From positions 1 through 27,612 of the forward strand of contig JBIOYE010000160.1 in the NCBI GenBank assembly GCA_044870015.1: DNA of 27,612 nt, written 5' to 3'. Source of the stretch: Candidatus Zixiibacteriota bacterium. Lineage in GTDB: Bacteria > Zixibacteria > MSB-5A5 > DSPP01 > RBG-1. A model generated the notes under the pieces. It did no database searches, was not told where the DNA came from, and saw only the letters and a program-made list of their open reading frames with translations. The position numbers were made by a program, and so were the translations under genes. Positions 16,456-24,780 of the stretch are shown piece after piece (positions within the stretch are counted from its first letter, which is position 1; every line of letters begins with the position of its first letter).

Positions 16456-16484
16456 AATTTAGCATAAGCCAAAAAAGTTGTCAA
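16456..16484 (-). promoter_or_regulatory. Extended -10 sigma70 promoter of the lapA...mutL operon
   Basis: TTGACA (16484-16479), 17 nt ending TGC, TAAATT (16461-16456). Confidence 0.7.
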
Positions 16485-16571
16485 ACTAAAATTAGGATTA
16501 TGTTTTAAGATGCTGAAGGCAATTTCAAAAACCGGTGAATAGGGCTGCACCTTCAAACAAGCTCTCTTATC

Positions 16572-17240
16572 CTATTGGCTGGGTCGGATAAATTTCCAGC
16601 TGGAAAGCAATTGATGCCAATCCTCCTCATTTATTCTGAAAATCTCCCGGTCGCTGGAACAGTGGATGAAAAAAACATTATTTCCCTTCTTGAACACCAC
16701 TAAAAACCCTAACAGAAAGTCCTCTATCACGATGGTGTTGTCCAATTCTCCGTAGCCGGCTCGGGGGTCTTTTACCGGTTTTTGATACTTCTTTTTCATA
16801 TAGATTTTTTGAGCGGTAATGCTGTCCACCTGTATTTTCATGCGCTCCACCACATCCGAATTGGTCAGGAATTCCAGTTTGTATAAATAGATATCCGGGT
16901 TGGGCAGCTTTTTAGGGTTTTCCAGAATAAGTTTGCAGAAGGAATCCACATCCATAGAGGTGCTTTCCACACACACGAACAGGCTGGGAATATTTACCTG
17001 GGTCTGGTTATAAGAGGCGCTTCCGTAACGCTCAATTTTGGTCTTTTGTAAGATAGCCCTGATAGGTGAGGGCTCTTTTTCCGCTTTGGCTTTCCAGTTA
17101 GCCGGGGTGGTGAACTGATAATTATATTTGCTGTCTGTGAAAATATTTTTTTCTATTACTCCAGTCTTGTTGGACTTGTCCGCCCAAACTGCCGTGATAA
17201 GTATGGCTCCCCACAAAAGTATCAGATATCTAATCTTCAT
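16572..17240 (-). CDS. Hypothetical secreted protein (possibly PsbP/Mog1-like fold)
   Basis: 222-aa ORF with signal peptide and SD-like AGGGGG. FTDSKYNYQFTTPANW resembles PsbP-like N-termini (inference). Confidence 0.7.
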   Translation of the reverse strand: MKIRYLILLWGAILITAVWADKSNKTGVIEKNIFTDSKYNYQFTTPANWKAKAEKEPSPIRAILQKTKIERYGSASYNQTQVNIPSLFVCVESTSMDVDSFCKLILENPKKLPNPDIYLYKLEFLTNSDVVERMKIQVDSITAQKIYMKKKYQKPVKDPRAGYGELDNTIVIEDFLLGFLVVFKKGNNVFFIHCSSDREIFRINEEDWHQLLSSWKFIRPSQ

Positions 17241-17344
17241 AGCACCCCCTTTTAGATTGCGACAACTTGACTTAAATCTCCATGAGAATTATTCATAAAA
17301 TCTAAAACTTATACGCAACTAACTTATTATCGGTTAATCCGATC

Positions 17345-17908
17345 TTATAAATGACCTTGAGTCTGTTTGAGCATATGGAGAAATTTGCGAAAATATCCGA
17401 ATATGGAAACAGCGGTCAGAACCAACGCTATAGCCAAACAAATTTGCTTGGCTATGTTAAATTCTAAAATATAAGACAAAATGCACAGAGTCCAACCAAG
17501 GGCCGTCAATTTCCCCAAAAGGTCGGATATCGGAATTTCTTTAATTCTATTCAGAGTCAACAGCCCACCCACCAGAATCAAAAGATCTTTCAAAATCACA
17601 AAGACTACAGCCCAGAGAGGGAAATCTTTATGCAGTAAAGCATATATGGCAAAAATCCCAATCGCAATTTTATCCACCAAAGGATCCAATATTTTACCTA
17701 AATTTGAAGCTTGATTAAACTTCCTGGCCAAAATACCATCGAATATATCTGTGCAAATTCCCAGCAAGGTAAGCAGGACCACGGCGAACAGATTTTCTTT
17801 GACTAAAAAATTGTAAATCAAGGGCAGGGATAACAATCGCAAGTAAGTCAATATATTGGGCAGGTAAAAAATCTCTTTGCGAGAAATTTTCAGATTTGAG
17901 GCACTCAA
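17345..17908 (-). CDS. pgsA: CDP-alcohol phosphatidyltransferase (PgsA-like)
   Basis: PNILTYLRL and DIFDGILAR...GKILDPLVDK signature, multiple TM helices. Substrate specificity is not provable from sequence alone. Confidence 0.85.
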   Translation of the reverse strand: MSASNLKISRKEIFYLPNILTYLRLLSLPLIYNFLVKENLFAVVLLTLLGICTDIFDGILARKFNQASNLGKILDPLVDKIAIGIFAIYALLHKDFPLWAVVFVILKDLLILVGGLLTLNRIKEIPISDLLGKLTALGWTLCILSYILEFNIAKQICLAIALVLTAVSIFGYFRKFLHMLKQTQGHL

Positions 17909-17909
17909 T

Positions 17910-19616
17910 TTAATCCAGGGCTTCTTCTAAAAGCTGTGAGGCTTGCTTCTCTGCCAAAGCTGTTATTTTTTTGCCGGAGAGCATCCGGGCAATTTCTGTA
18001 ACTCTTTCTTCTTTGGATAATTTTTTAATCCTGGTCGAAGTCCGCTCCCCCTTTACTTCCTTGAAAACTCGGTAATGCTGGTCAGCCACGGAGGCAATCT
18101 GCTGTAAATGGGTAATGGCTAAAACCTGATGAGATTTGGCTAACTCTTTGAGTTTTTTCCCGACTTTATGTGCCACCTCCCCCCCGATACCGGAATCAAT
18201 TTCGTCAAAAATCAGAGTGGAAACATTGTCCGCGCCAGCCAATGCCGATTTCAGCGCTAACATTACTCTGGAAATTTCACCGCCGGAAGCAATTTTAGCT
18301 AGGGGTTTTAACTCCTCGCCCACATTGGGAGAAATCATAAATTCAATCTGGTCCAATCCCTTCTCATCTATTTTATATTTTTTGTCTTGTAATTGAATTA
18401 ACCCGTTGTCATCTTCCTGATAACTCATCTGAATTTCAAACCTAGTCTTCTCCATCCCCAAAAAAGTCAGTTCCTGACTTATTTTTTTCTGCAGCCCTAA
18501 AGCTTTTGTCTTTCTGGCAGTTGAAAGTTTTAGGCAGTTTCCTTTCATAGTTTCAGTAGCTTTGACAATTTCTTTTTCTAACTTCTCAATAAGCTCTGAC
18601 CGGTTTTCCAGCAGATTTAAGCTTTTCTTAATCTCTTCTGCATAAACCATTAATTCCTCCGGACTCTTGCCATATTTTTTCTTGAGCTTAATCAGTAAGT
18701 CCATTCTCTCCCTGATATGATTTAACCTTTCCGGGTCATACTCCAATTTATCTTTGTAATTATCGAAATGTCGGGTAAGTTCCTTGATTTGGATGTAGGA
18801 GTTTTCCAAAAGTTCTTGCTGTTCTTTCAAACTTTTATCCCAGGTTGCGGCTGAATTAAGCTCCTTTTGAGCTGCAGCTAATCGTCTTAAGACCGAATCT
18901 TCCGATTCCTGCAGGTTATCTAAAATTGTTCCGACCGATTGAGAAATTTTCTCCACATTTTCCAACATAGATTTTTCCTGTGCCAGTTTTTCTTCCTCAC
19001 CTGGTTGAGGATTTGCTTTTTCAATTTCTCCTAACTGAAAGGAGTACAATTCTTTTTTATCTTGAGCTATTTTTCCCTGCTCTTTTAAGCTGCTTAAATC
19101 AGCCAACTCCTTTCGTAAATCCAAATAGTTATTTCTGACAGCATTTAAAAGGTCAGTGTAATTCCCGAAATTATCCAGAAAATCGATATGCTTTTTGTGG
19201 TCCAAAAGGGATTGGTGCTGATGCTGTCCATGCAGGTCTACCAAAAAGTCTCCGATGACCTTTAAGGTTGTTAAAGCTGCGGTCTTGTCGTTGACAAAAT
19301 TTTTGCTTCCCCCCTTGCTGGATATCTCCCTGCGAATAATGACAGAATTTTCTTGGCCTGACAGTGATTCATTTTGCAGAAAAACTGCCAAAGGAGAATT
19401 TTTATTGACTTCAAAAATAGCCTCCACCACAGAGTGAGAAGCCCCTGTGCGAATCAGGCCTGAATCGGCTTTCTCACCCAAAATCAGACTTAAAGCTCCG
19501 ATTAGAATTGACTTTCCCGCGCCCGTGGAACCGGTTAAGATGTTTAGACCGGTGGGAAAGTCTACCTCTAAGTTTTCAATGATGGCGTAATCTTTAATCC
19601 TTAGTGTTTTCAGCAT
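17910..19616 (-). CDS. recN: DNA repair protein RecN
   Basis: MLKTLRIKDYAIIE start (ATG 19616), Walker A GSTGAGKS, HGQHQHQ, ASGGEISR, FDEIDSG, ITHLQQIAS. Confidence 0.97.
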   Translation of the reverse strand: MLKTLRIKDYAIIENLEVDFPTGLNILTGSTGAGKSILIGALSLILGEKADSGLIRTGASHSVVEAIFEVNKNSPLAVFLQNESLSGQENSVIIRREISSKGGSKNFVNDKTAALTTLKVIGDFLVDLHGQHQHQSLLDHKKHIDFLDNFGNYTDLLNAVRNNYLDLRKELADLSSLKEQGKIAQDKKELYSFQLGEIEKANPQPGEEEKLAQEKSMLENVEKISQSVGTILDNLQESEDSVLRRLAAAQKELNSAATWDKSLKEQQELLENSYIQIKELTRHFDNYKDKLEYDPERLNHIRERMDLLIKLKKKYGKSPEELMVYAEEIKKSLNLLENRSELIEKLEKEIVKATETMKGNCLKLSTARKTKALGLQKKISQELTFLGMEKTRFEIQMSYQEDDNGLIQLQDKKYKIDEKGLDQIEFMISPNVGEELKPLAKIASGGEISRVMLALKSALAGADNVSTLIFDEIDSGIGGEVAHKVGKKLKELAKSHQVLAITHLQQIASVADQHYRVFKEVKGERTSTRIKKLSKEERVTEIARMLSGKKITALAEKQASQLLEEALD

Positions 19617-19624
19617 CTTGAATT

Positions 19625-20503
19625 TTAACTTCCGGCTTTCGGCTTTACTCCCCAATTCAGTTTTTGTCTTAAAATTTCAAAAAATGACCTCTCCGGAAAA
19701 GTTATCAGGTTAACGGTATGCCCGGCTTTTTGAATTAGGATTTCATCTCCGGATTTTATGGGATGGGTAATCTGGCCGTCCACTGTCAAAATGGCTTCTT
19801 TCTGAGGGGTTTCTACTTTAATTTTTATAGTTTCATCTGCCGGAAAAATAATCGGTCTGACCGCCAAACTCTGGGGGCAGATGGGGGATAAAATTATGGC
19901 TGCCATTTTAGGATTTACTATTGGCCCTCCGGCTGACATCGAATGAGCGGTGGACCCAGTGGGAGTGGCAATAATTAATCCGTCTGCCGAAAAAGAGCCC
20001 ACAAATTCTTTATTGTTAGAAATGTGCAAATTTATTAAGCGTGATATTCCCCCTTTCTCGATTACCACCTCGTTGAGGGCATACCAATGATGGTTGTGAG
20101 CAAAAGAGGCCTGCAAGACCATTCTTTCTTCTATTTTAAAATCTTTATTCTTGATTCTGCTCAACGCGTTTTCTATGTCGGCGGTCTGAATCTGCGTCAT
20201 AAAACCCAAGCCACCCAGATTGATTCCCAAAATGGGTGTCTTGTGGTCAGCCACGGCTCTGGCAGTAGTCAGGATAGTTCCGTCACCTCCCAGGGCTAAA
20301 ATTATATCAGAGCTTGCCCACAAATCTTCCTTGGCGACTGATTTATTTTTTATCTTCACCGAGGAGTTGGAGCTTAAAAATTCGGCCGCCTCCTGGTTGA
20401 AAGTGATTTCGATTTGGTTTATATCGCACCAGCTGGAAATTCTCTCCAACATCTCCACCGCTTTTGGTCTTTTGATATTGGCAATGGCCCCGATTTTTTT
20501 CAT
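19625..20503 (-). CDS. nadK: NAD kinase
   Basis: LGGDGT, GINLGGLGF, LNEVV, DGLIIATPTGSTA. Confidence 0.96.
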   Translation of the reverse strand: MKKIGAIANIKRPKAVEMLERISSWCDINQIEITFNQEAAEFLSSNSSVKIKNKSVAKEDLWASSDIILALGGDGTILTTARAVADHKTPILGINLGGLGFMTQIQTADIENALSRIKNKDFKIEERMVLQASFAHNHHWYALNEVVIEKGGISRLINLHISNNKEFVGSFSADGLIIATPTGSTAHSMSAGGPIVNPKMAAIILSPICPQSLAVRPIIFPADETIKIKVETPQKEAILTVDGQITHPIKSGDEILIQKAGHTVNLITFPERSFFEILRQKLNWGVKPKAGS

Positions 20504-21360
20504 TTTATTCTGGAAAGTAAATAGTCGGCTAACTCCTGCAAAATTTTCCCGTTGGATAAATTTTTTAAACTGGCTTGGGCTTCCCGGGTTAATTTGCGGG
20601 CCATGATTTTGGAATTTTTAAGCCCCACAATTTTAGGATAAGTGGCTTTTTTCTTCAAATTATCCGAGCCCACTTTTTTTCCTATTTTTTCCTCTTTCCC
20701 TTCCACATTTAAGATATCATCTGAAATCTGAAAAGCCAGCCCTATTTTTTCTCCGTAGTTTGAAAGGATTTTTAATTTCTGGGAATCTGCTCCACCTAAA
20801 ATGGCGCCGGCCCTGATGGAGGCTTTGATCAAGGCCGCGGTTTTATTTTTGTGAATGAACTCCAGCTGGCTTAATTTTATTTTCTTTCCCTCCGCTTCCA
20901 AATCAGCGATTTGACCCCCAATCATTCCTTGTCTGCCTATGGCTTGGGCCACTTCGGATAAAACTTGCAAGTTTCCGGTCTGGGCCAAAAGTTGAAAAGC
21001 CAGAGCCATCAAAGCATCTCCGGCCAAGACGGCAATCCCTTCTCCGTAAATTTTGTGCAGGGTCGGTCTTCCCCTTCTTAAATCGTCGTTATCGATACAA
21101 GGCAGGTCATCATGTATCAGAGAAAAGGCATGTAAAAGCTCGATAGCGCAGGCGGCTGGAACGGCCTGGGGCGTGTTGCCATTTATCTGTTCAGCGGCGG
21201 CTATTACTAGAATGGGTCGTAATCTTTTCCCGCCCCCTAAAACCGCATAGCGCAAAGCCCGGGACAACACTTGCGGTTTTTGATTAGAGGCAGGCAGATA
21301 ATTTTCCAATGCCTTTTCAATAATTTTTCTTTTGCCCACTAAATATTTCTCTAAATTCAT
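20500..21360 (-). CDS. ispA: Farnesyl/geranylgeranyl diphosphate synthase
   Basis: GGKRLRP, first Asp-rich motif HDDLPCIDNDDLRRG, KTAAL, FQISDDIL, GKKVGSD. Confidence 0.93.
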   Translation of the reverse strand: MNLEKYLVGKRKIIEKALENYLPASNQKPQVLSRALRYAVLGGGKRLRPILVIAAAEQINGNTPQAVPAACAIELLHAFSLIHDDLPCIDNDDLRRGRPTLHKIYGEGIAVLAGDALMALAFQLLAQTGNLQVLSEVAQAIGRQGMIGGQIADLEAEGKKIKLSQLEFIHKNKTAALIKASIRAGAILGGADSQKLKILSNYGEKIGLAFQISDDILNVEGKEEKIGKKVGSDNLKKKATYPKIVGLKNSKIMARKLTREAQASLKNLSNGKILQELADYLLSRIK

Positions 21361-21596
21361 TCTTCCTTATCTTCTATTTCCAAATCTTCCAATTTGAATT
21401 TCCCAGAACCGGTTTTGATTAATTTCTTGACTTTGCTTTCTGCTTCGCTCAATTTTTTGGTGCAGATGCGGGACAGCTCTATTCCTTCCTGAAAGATTTT
21501 TAAAGACTGGTCTAAAGATAAATCTCCCGATTCTAATTGACTCACAATTTCTTCTAAACGATTCAAGGCCTTTTCAAAGCTGCTTTTCTGTTTCAT
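21357..21596 (-). CDS. xseB: Exodeoxyribonuclease VII small subunit
   Basis: SFEKALNRLEEIVSQLESGDLSLDQSLKIFQEG. Confidence 0.95.
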   Translation of the reverse strand: MKQKSSFEKALNRLEEIVSQLESGDLSLDQSLKIFQEGIELSRICTKKLSEAESKVKKLIKTGSGKFKLEDLEIEDKEE

Positions 21597-21598
21597 AT

Positions 21599-22819
21599 TT
21601 ACCAGCTTTTCTCAATTTTTTCTACTTTGCTTTTAAATTTTCCTTTATGCAGACGAACCTCGACCGAATCTTCCAATTTTAGCTTGCTTACATCTTTGAT
21701 TAACTTTAAATCTGGCAGTTTGTAACAGACACTATAACCTCTTTCCAGAATTGACAGAGGCGACAAGGCATTTAACTTTCCCATCACAGTGGCTAAATTT
21801 TGCTTGGAATTTTTTAGGCTTTGATTTACCAGCCACCCCATTTTTTTCAAAAGTTCATCAATTCTTTGACCTTTTTGAGTCAAAATATCCCAGGGTCTTT
21901 TCATACCGTAACTTTCTACTGCTGTTTTTACTCTGATTTTTGCTTCTGCAATTTGTGCCAGCTGATATTCTATTGAACTTTTGATTAAGTTTTTTATTTG
22001 AGAGAGAATTTCTCTTCTGTCTTTGACCACTAATTCAGCGGCAGCTGATGGAGTCGGTGCTCTCAAATCAGCCACCAAGTCTGCAATGGTAAAATCAATT
22101 TCATGTCCGACCGCGGATACCACAGGTATTTCGGAGGCATAAATGGCTCTGGCCACTATCTCTTCATTGAAAGCCCATAAATCTTCCAAGGAACCGCCTC
22201 CTCTGCCTGTGATTATTACGTCCACATTTTGAAATTGATTAAAATCCGTGATAGCTTGGGCAATCTCCCAGCTGGCTCCTTCTCCCTGTACTCTTACCGG
22301 ATTTAAAATTATTTCAACTGAAGGCATTCTGCGATGGAGAATTTTAATCATATCTTGGATAGCGGCACCGGTGGGAGAAGTTACTATTCCGATAGTTTGA
22401 GGAAATTCCGGTAGTGGTTTTTTATGCTCTTCCTCGAAAAACCCTTCTTTAAACAGTTTTTCTTTCAGCTGCCTGAACGCCAATTCCAATTTTCCTAATC
22501 CAGCCGGAACAATATCTTCCACATAAAGTTGATACTGCCCCTGCTTTTCATACAGGGAAATATTGCCGTAGGCAACCACTTTCATCCCGTCTTCTATATC
22601 AAAATTGAGAAAGTCACCGATATCTCTCCACAAAACGCATTTTATTTGAGCATTTTCATCTTTTAAAGTAAAATAGCGGTGACCGGAAGAATGATGGATA
22701 AAATTGGAAATTTCTCCTTCGATCCAGAGAGTAGGTAAATTAATCTCTAAAAGAGCTTTTACCTCGCGGGTAATTTCGGAGACCGTATATATTTTAATCT
22801 GTTCTGTTAAATTTTCCAT
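21599..22819 (-). CDS. xseA: Exodeoxyribonuclease VII large subunit
   Basis: OB-fold GEISNF...GHRYFTLKD, VTSPTGAAIQD, GRGGGSLEDLWAFNEE, VGHEIDFTIAD, APTPSAAAE. Confidence 0.97.
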   Translation of the reverse strand: MENLTEQIKIYTVSEITREVKALLEINLPTLWIEGEISNFIHHSSGHRYFTLKDENAQIKCVLWRDIGDFLNFDIEDGMKVVAYGNISLYEKQGQYQLYVEDIVPAGLGKLELAFRQLKEKLFKEGFFEEEHKKPLPEFPQTIGIVTSPTGAAIQDMIKILHRRMPSVEIILNPVRVQGEGASWEIAQAITDFNQFQNVDVIITGRGGGSLEDLWAFNEEIVARAIYASEIPVVSAVGHEIDFTIADLVADLRAPTPSAAAELVVKDRREILSQIKNLIKSSIEYQLAQIAEAKIRVKTAVESYGMKRPWDILTQKGQRIDELLKKMGWLVNQSLKNSKQNLATVMGKLNALSPLSILERGYSVCYKLPDLKLIKDVSKLKLEDSVEVRLHKGKFKSKVEKIEKSW

Positions 22820-22838
22820 AATCGTTAGATTTTTTTAA

Positions 22839-22868
22839 AATATAAGTCAGCCGCAACTGGCTTGTCAA
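22839..22868 (-). promoter_or_regulatory. Promoter of the xseA operon, overlapping a hairpin downstream of folD
   Basis: TTGACA (22868-22863), 18 nt, TATATT (22844-22839). The spacer contains the inverted repeat AAGCCAG/CTGACTT. Confidence 0.55.
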
Positions 22869-22932
22869 ATCTTATCTGGAAAAGTTATTCTGACTTTGGT
22901 TCAAACTCAAGAGGAATAATTCTCAAACAAAA

Positions 22933-23817
22933 TTAATCTTTGATGCTGTTTTGAATCTCGGCCGCTTTGATGGTGTTATTCAGAAGCATGGCAATGGTCA
23001 TGGGTCCGACTCCTCCCGGAACCGGAGTTATGGCAGAAGCAATTTTGCTTACCTCTTCAAAATCCACATCCCCTACTATTTTACTTTTAGCGGAGGCCGG
23101 ATCCGGAATCGAATTAATTCCGACATCTATGACCACCGCCCCAGGTTTGACCATATCTCCCGTGACAAATTGAGGCTGTCCGATAGCTACCACCAAAATA
23201 TCTCCAGTTCTGGTAACTTTCGGCAAATTGCTGGTTCCTCGGTGACAGATGGTCACCGTAGCATCCGCTCCTTTGGCTTTTTGGACCAGAAGGGCGGCCA
23301 ATGGTTTTCCTACAATATTTCCCCTACCCAATATCACTACATTTTTTCCTCCGGGGTCATGGCCGGACCGCATAAGCAGTTCCTGAATCCCTAAGGGGGT
23401 GCAGGGAACAAAAATCGGTGTCCCTAAAAATAACATTCCTAAGTTGTAGGGGTGAAACCCGTCCACATCTTTGTTTCTATCGACTGTGGAAAAAATATTA
23501 AACTGATTTATATGTTCCGGCAAAGGTGACTGGACTAAGATTCCATGGATTTTTCTGTTTTGGTTCAATTCTAAAACTTTGCGGATAAGCTCTTTTTCTG
23601 TAGTTGACTCAGGCAACTGGATTACTGCCGAATTCAATCCCAATTCCTGGCAGGCCTTGGCTTTGTTGCGGACATAAATGGCTGAAGCTGGGTTATCTCC
23701 TACAATTACAGCTGCTAAACCGGGAACAATTCCCTGACGCTTTAGAGCCTCGACTTTTGATTTTAATTCATTTTTTATCTCTTGAGCAATTTTTCTCCCG
23801 TCAATTATCTTAGCGAT
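22933..23817 (-). CDS. folD: Bifunctional methylenetetrahydrofolate dehydrogenase/cyclohydrolase, apparent ATC start
   Basis: The frame is open upstream of the track start: IAKIIDGRKIAQEIK...PGLAAVIVGDNPASAIYVRNK... Downstream KDVDGFHP, PCTP, GRGNIVGKP and VPGGVGPMT. An in-frame TAA lies 14 codons above 23817 with no ATG/GTG/TTG in between. Confidence 0.93.
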   Translation of the reverse strand: MAKIIDGRKIAQEIKNELKSKVEALKRQGIVPGLAAVIVGDNPASAIYVRNKAKACQELGLNSAVIQLPESTTEKELIRKVLELNQNRKIHGILVQSPLPEHINQFNIFSTVDRNKDVDGFHPYNLGMLFLGTPIFVPCTPLGIQELLMRSGHDPGGKNVVILGRGNIVGKPLAALLVQKAKGADATVTICHRGTSNLPKVTRTGDILVVAIGQPQFVTGDMVKPGAVVIDVGINSIPDPASAKSKIVGDVDFEEVSKIASAITPVPGGVGPMTIAMLLNNTIKAAEIQNSIKD

Positions 23818-24652
23818 CTTCTTCCTCCTCCGATAAGTAGGCTTCTTCTCTTACTTCATCAGTCTGGGCTTTGGGAACATCGATTCGTAACCTCTCAATT
23901 TTTTTGGCCTCACCGCTCTTTTCATCGATTTCCAAAAGTATGGCGCTTAATTTAATATCTTTGTCAGCCACCGAAAACCGGCGGGGCAGCTGTTTGACAA
24001 ATCTTTCCAAGGCATCCTCTTTGTTTATCCCGATTACCGAATGATGCGGACCGGTCATGCCGGCATCCGTGATATAAGCGGTTCCGTTGGGTAAAATGGT
24101 TTCATCCGCGGTTTGGACATGGGTATGTGTTCCTAATACAGCCGAAACTCTGCCGTCCAAATACCAGCCCAGGGCTTGTTTTTCGGAAGTGGCTTCGGCA
24201 TGGAAATCGACAACGATTACATTGGTTTCGGATTTTAATTTTTCAATCTCTTTATCAGCCGCTCTGAAAGGGCAATCCAGCTGAGCCATAAAAATTCTTC
24301 CCTGCAGATTTATGACGCCGATGTTGATACCGGATTTGGTTTTGAAGAGACCGGAACCGGACCCCGGAGTTCCCGGAGGAAAATTGGCCGGTCTTAACAT
24401 ATTAGGGGTCTGCCCTATGAATTCTAATAGCTCTCTGCGATCCCAGACATGATTGCCGTTGGTCTGGCAATCCACTCCGTAATGAAAAATCTTGTGGGCT
24501 ATTTCTTTGGTGACACCGAAACCGCCGGCGGCATTTTCTACATTGGCTATGACAAAATCAACCGTATATTTTTTCTTCAAAGGGGTAAGCAGAGTGGCTA
24601 CCGCGTAGCGGCCCGGCTTTCCCATTATGTCGGCGATGAATAAAATTACCAA
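23810..24652 (-). CDS. ymdB: YmdB-like 2',3'-cyclic nucleotide phosphodiesterase (TIGR00282 family)
   Basis: NVENAAGG, GNHVWD, RPANFP, DFHAEATSEK, GTHTHVQT, TDAGMTG, downstream of rny. Confidence 0.93.
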   Translation of the reverse strand: MVILFIADIMGKPGRYAVATLLTPLKKKYTVDFVIANVENAAGGFGVTKEIAHKIFHYGVDCQTNGNHVWDRRELLEFIGQTPNMLRPANFPPGTPGSGSGLFKTKSGINIGVINLQGRIFMAQLDCPFRAADKEIEKLKSETNVIVVDFHAEATSEKQALGWYLDGRVSAVLGTHTHVQTADETILPNGTAYITDAGMTGPHHSVIGINKEDALERFVKQLPRRFSVADKDIKLSAILLEIDEKSGEAKKIERLRIDVPKAQTDEVREEAYLSEEEEDR

Positions 24653-24780
24653 CTAAACTCCGTTCTAAGTCCGCCTTTGGCGGATTGGTCTCGGAAACAT
24701 TTTCTGCCAAAAAAATATAATCTAAACTGATTTAATTTACAATTGCAATATCTTTCCACAATCCAGTTATTGTCCACGAA

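Noticed and set aside
19940-19975. NAD kinase motif reads GSTAHS rather than the common GSTAYS
   Set aside because: A single aromatic substitution with all other motifs intact. I cannot link it to a functional change.
22933-23643. folD as a truncated gene or pseudogene starting at TTG 23643
   Set aside because: The frame continues without stops for 58 more codons and contains the conserved N-terminal motifs.
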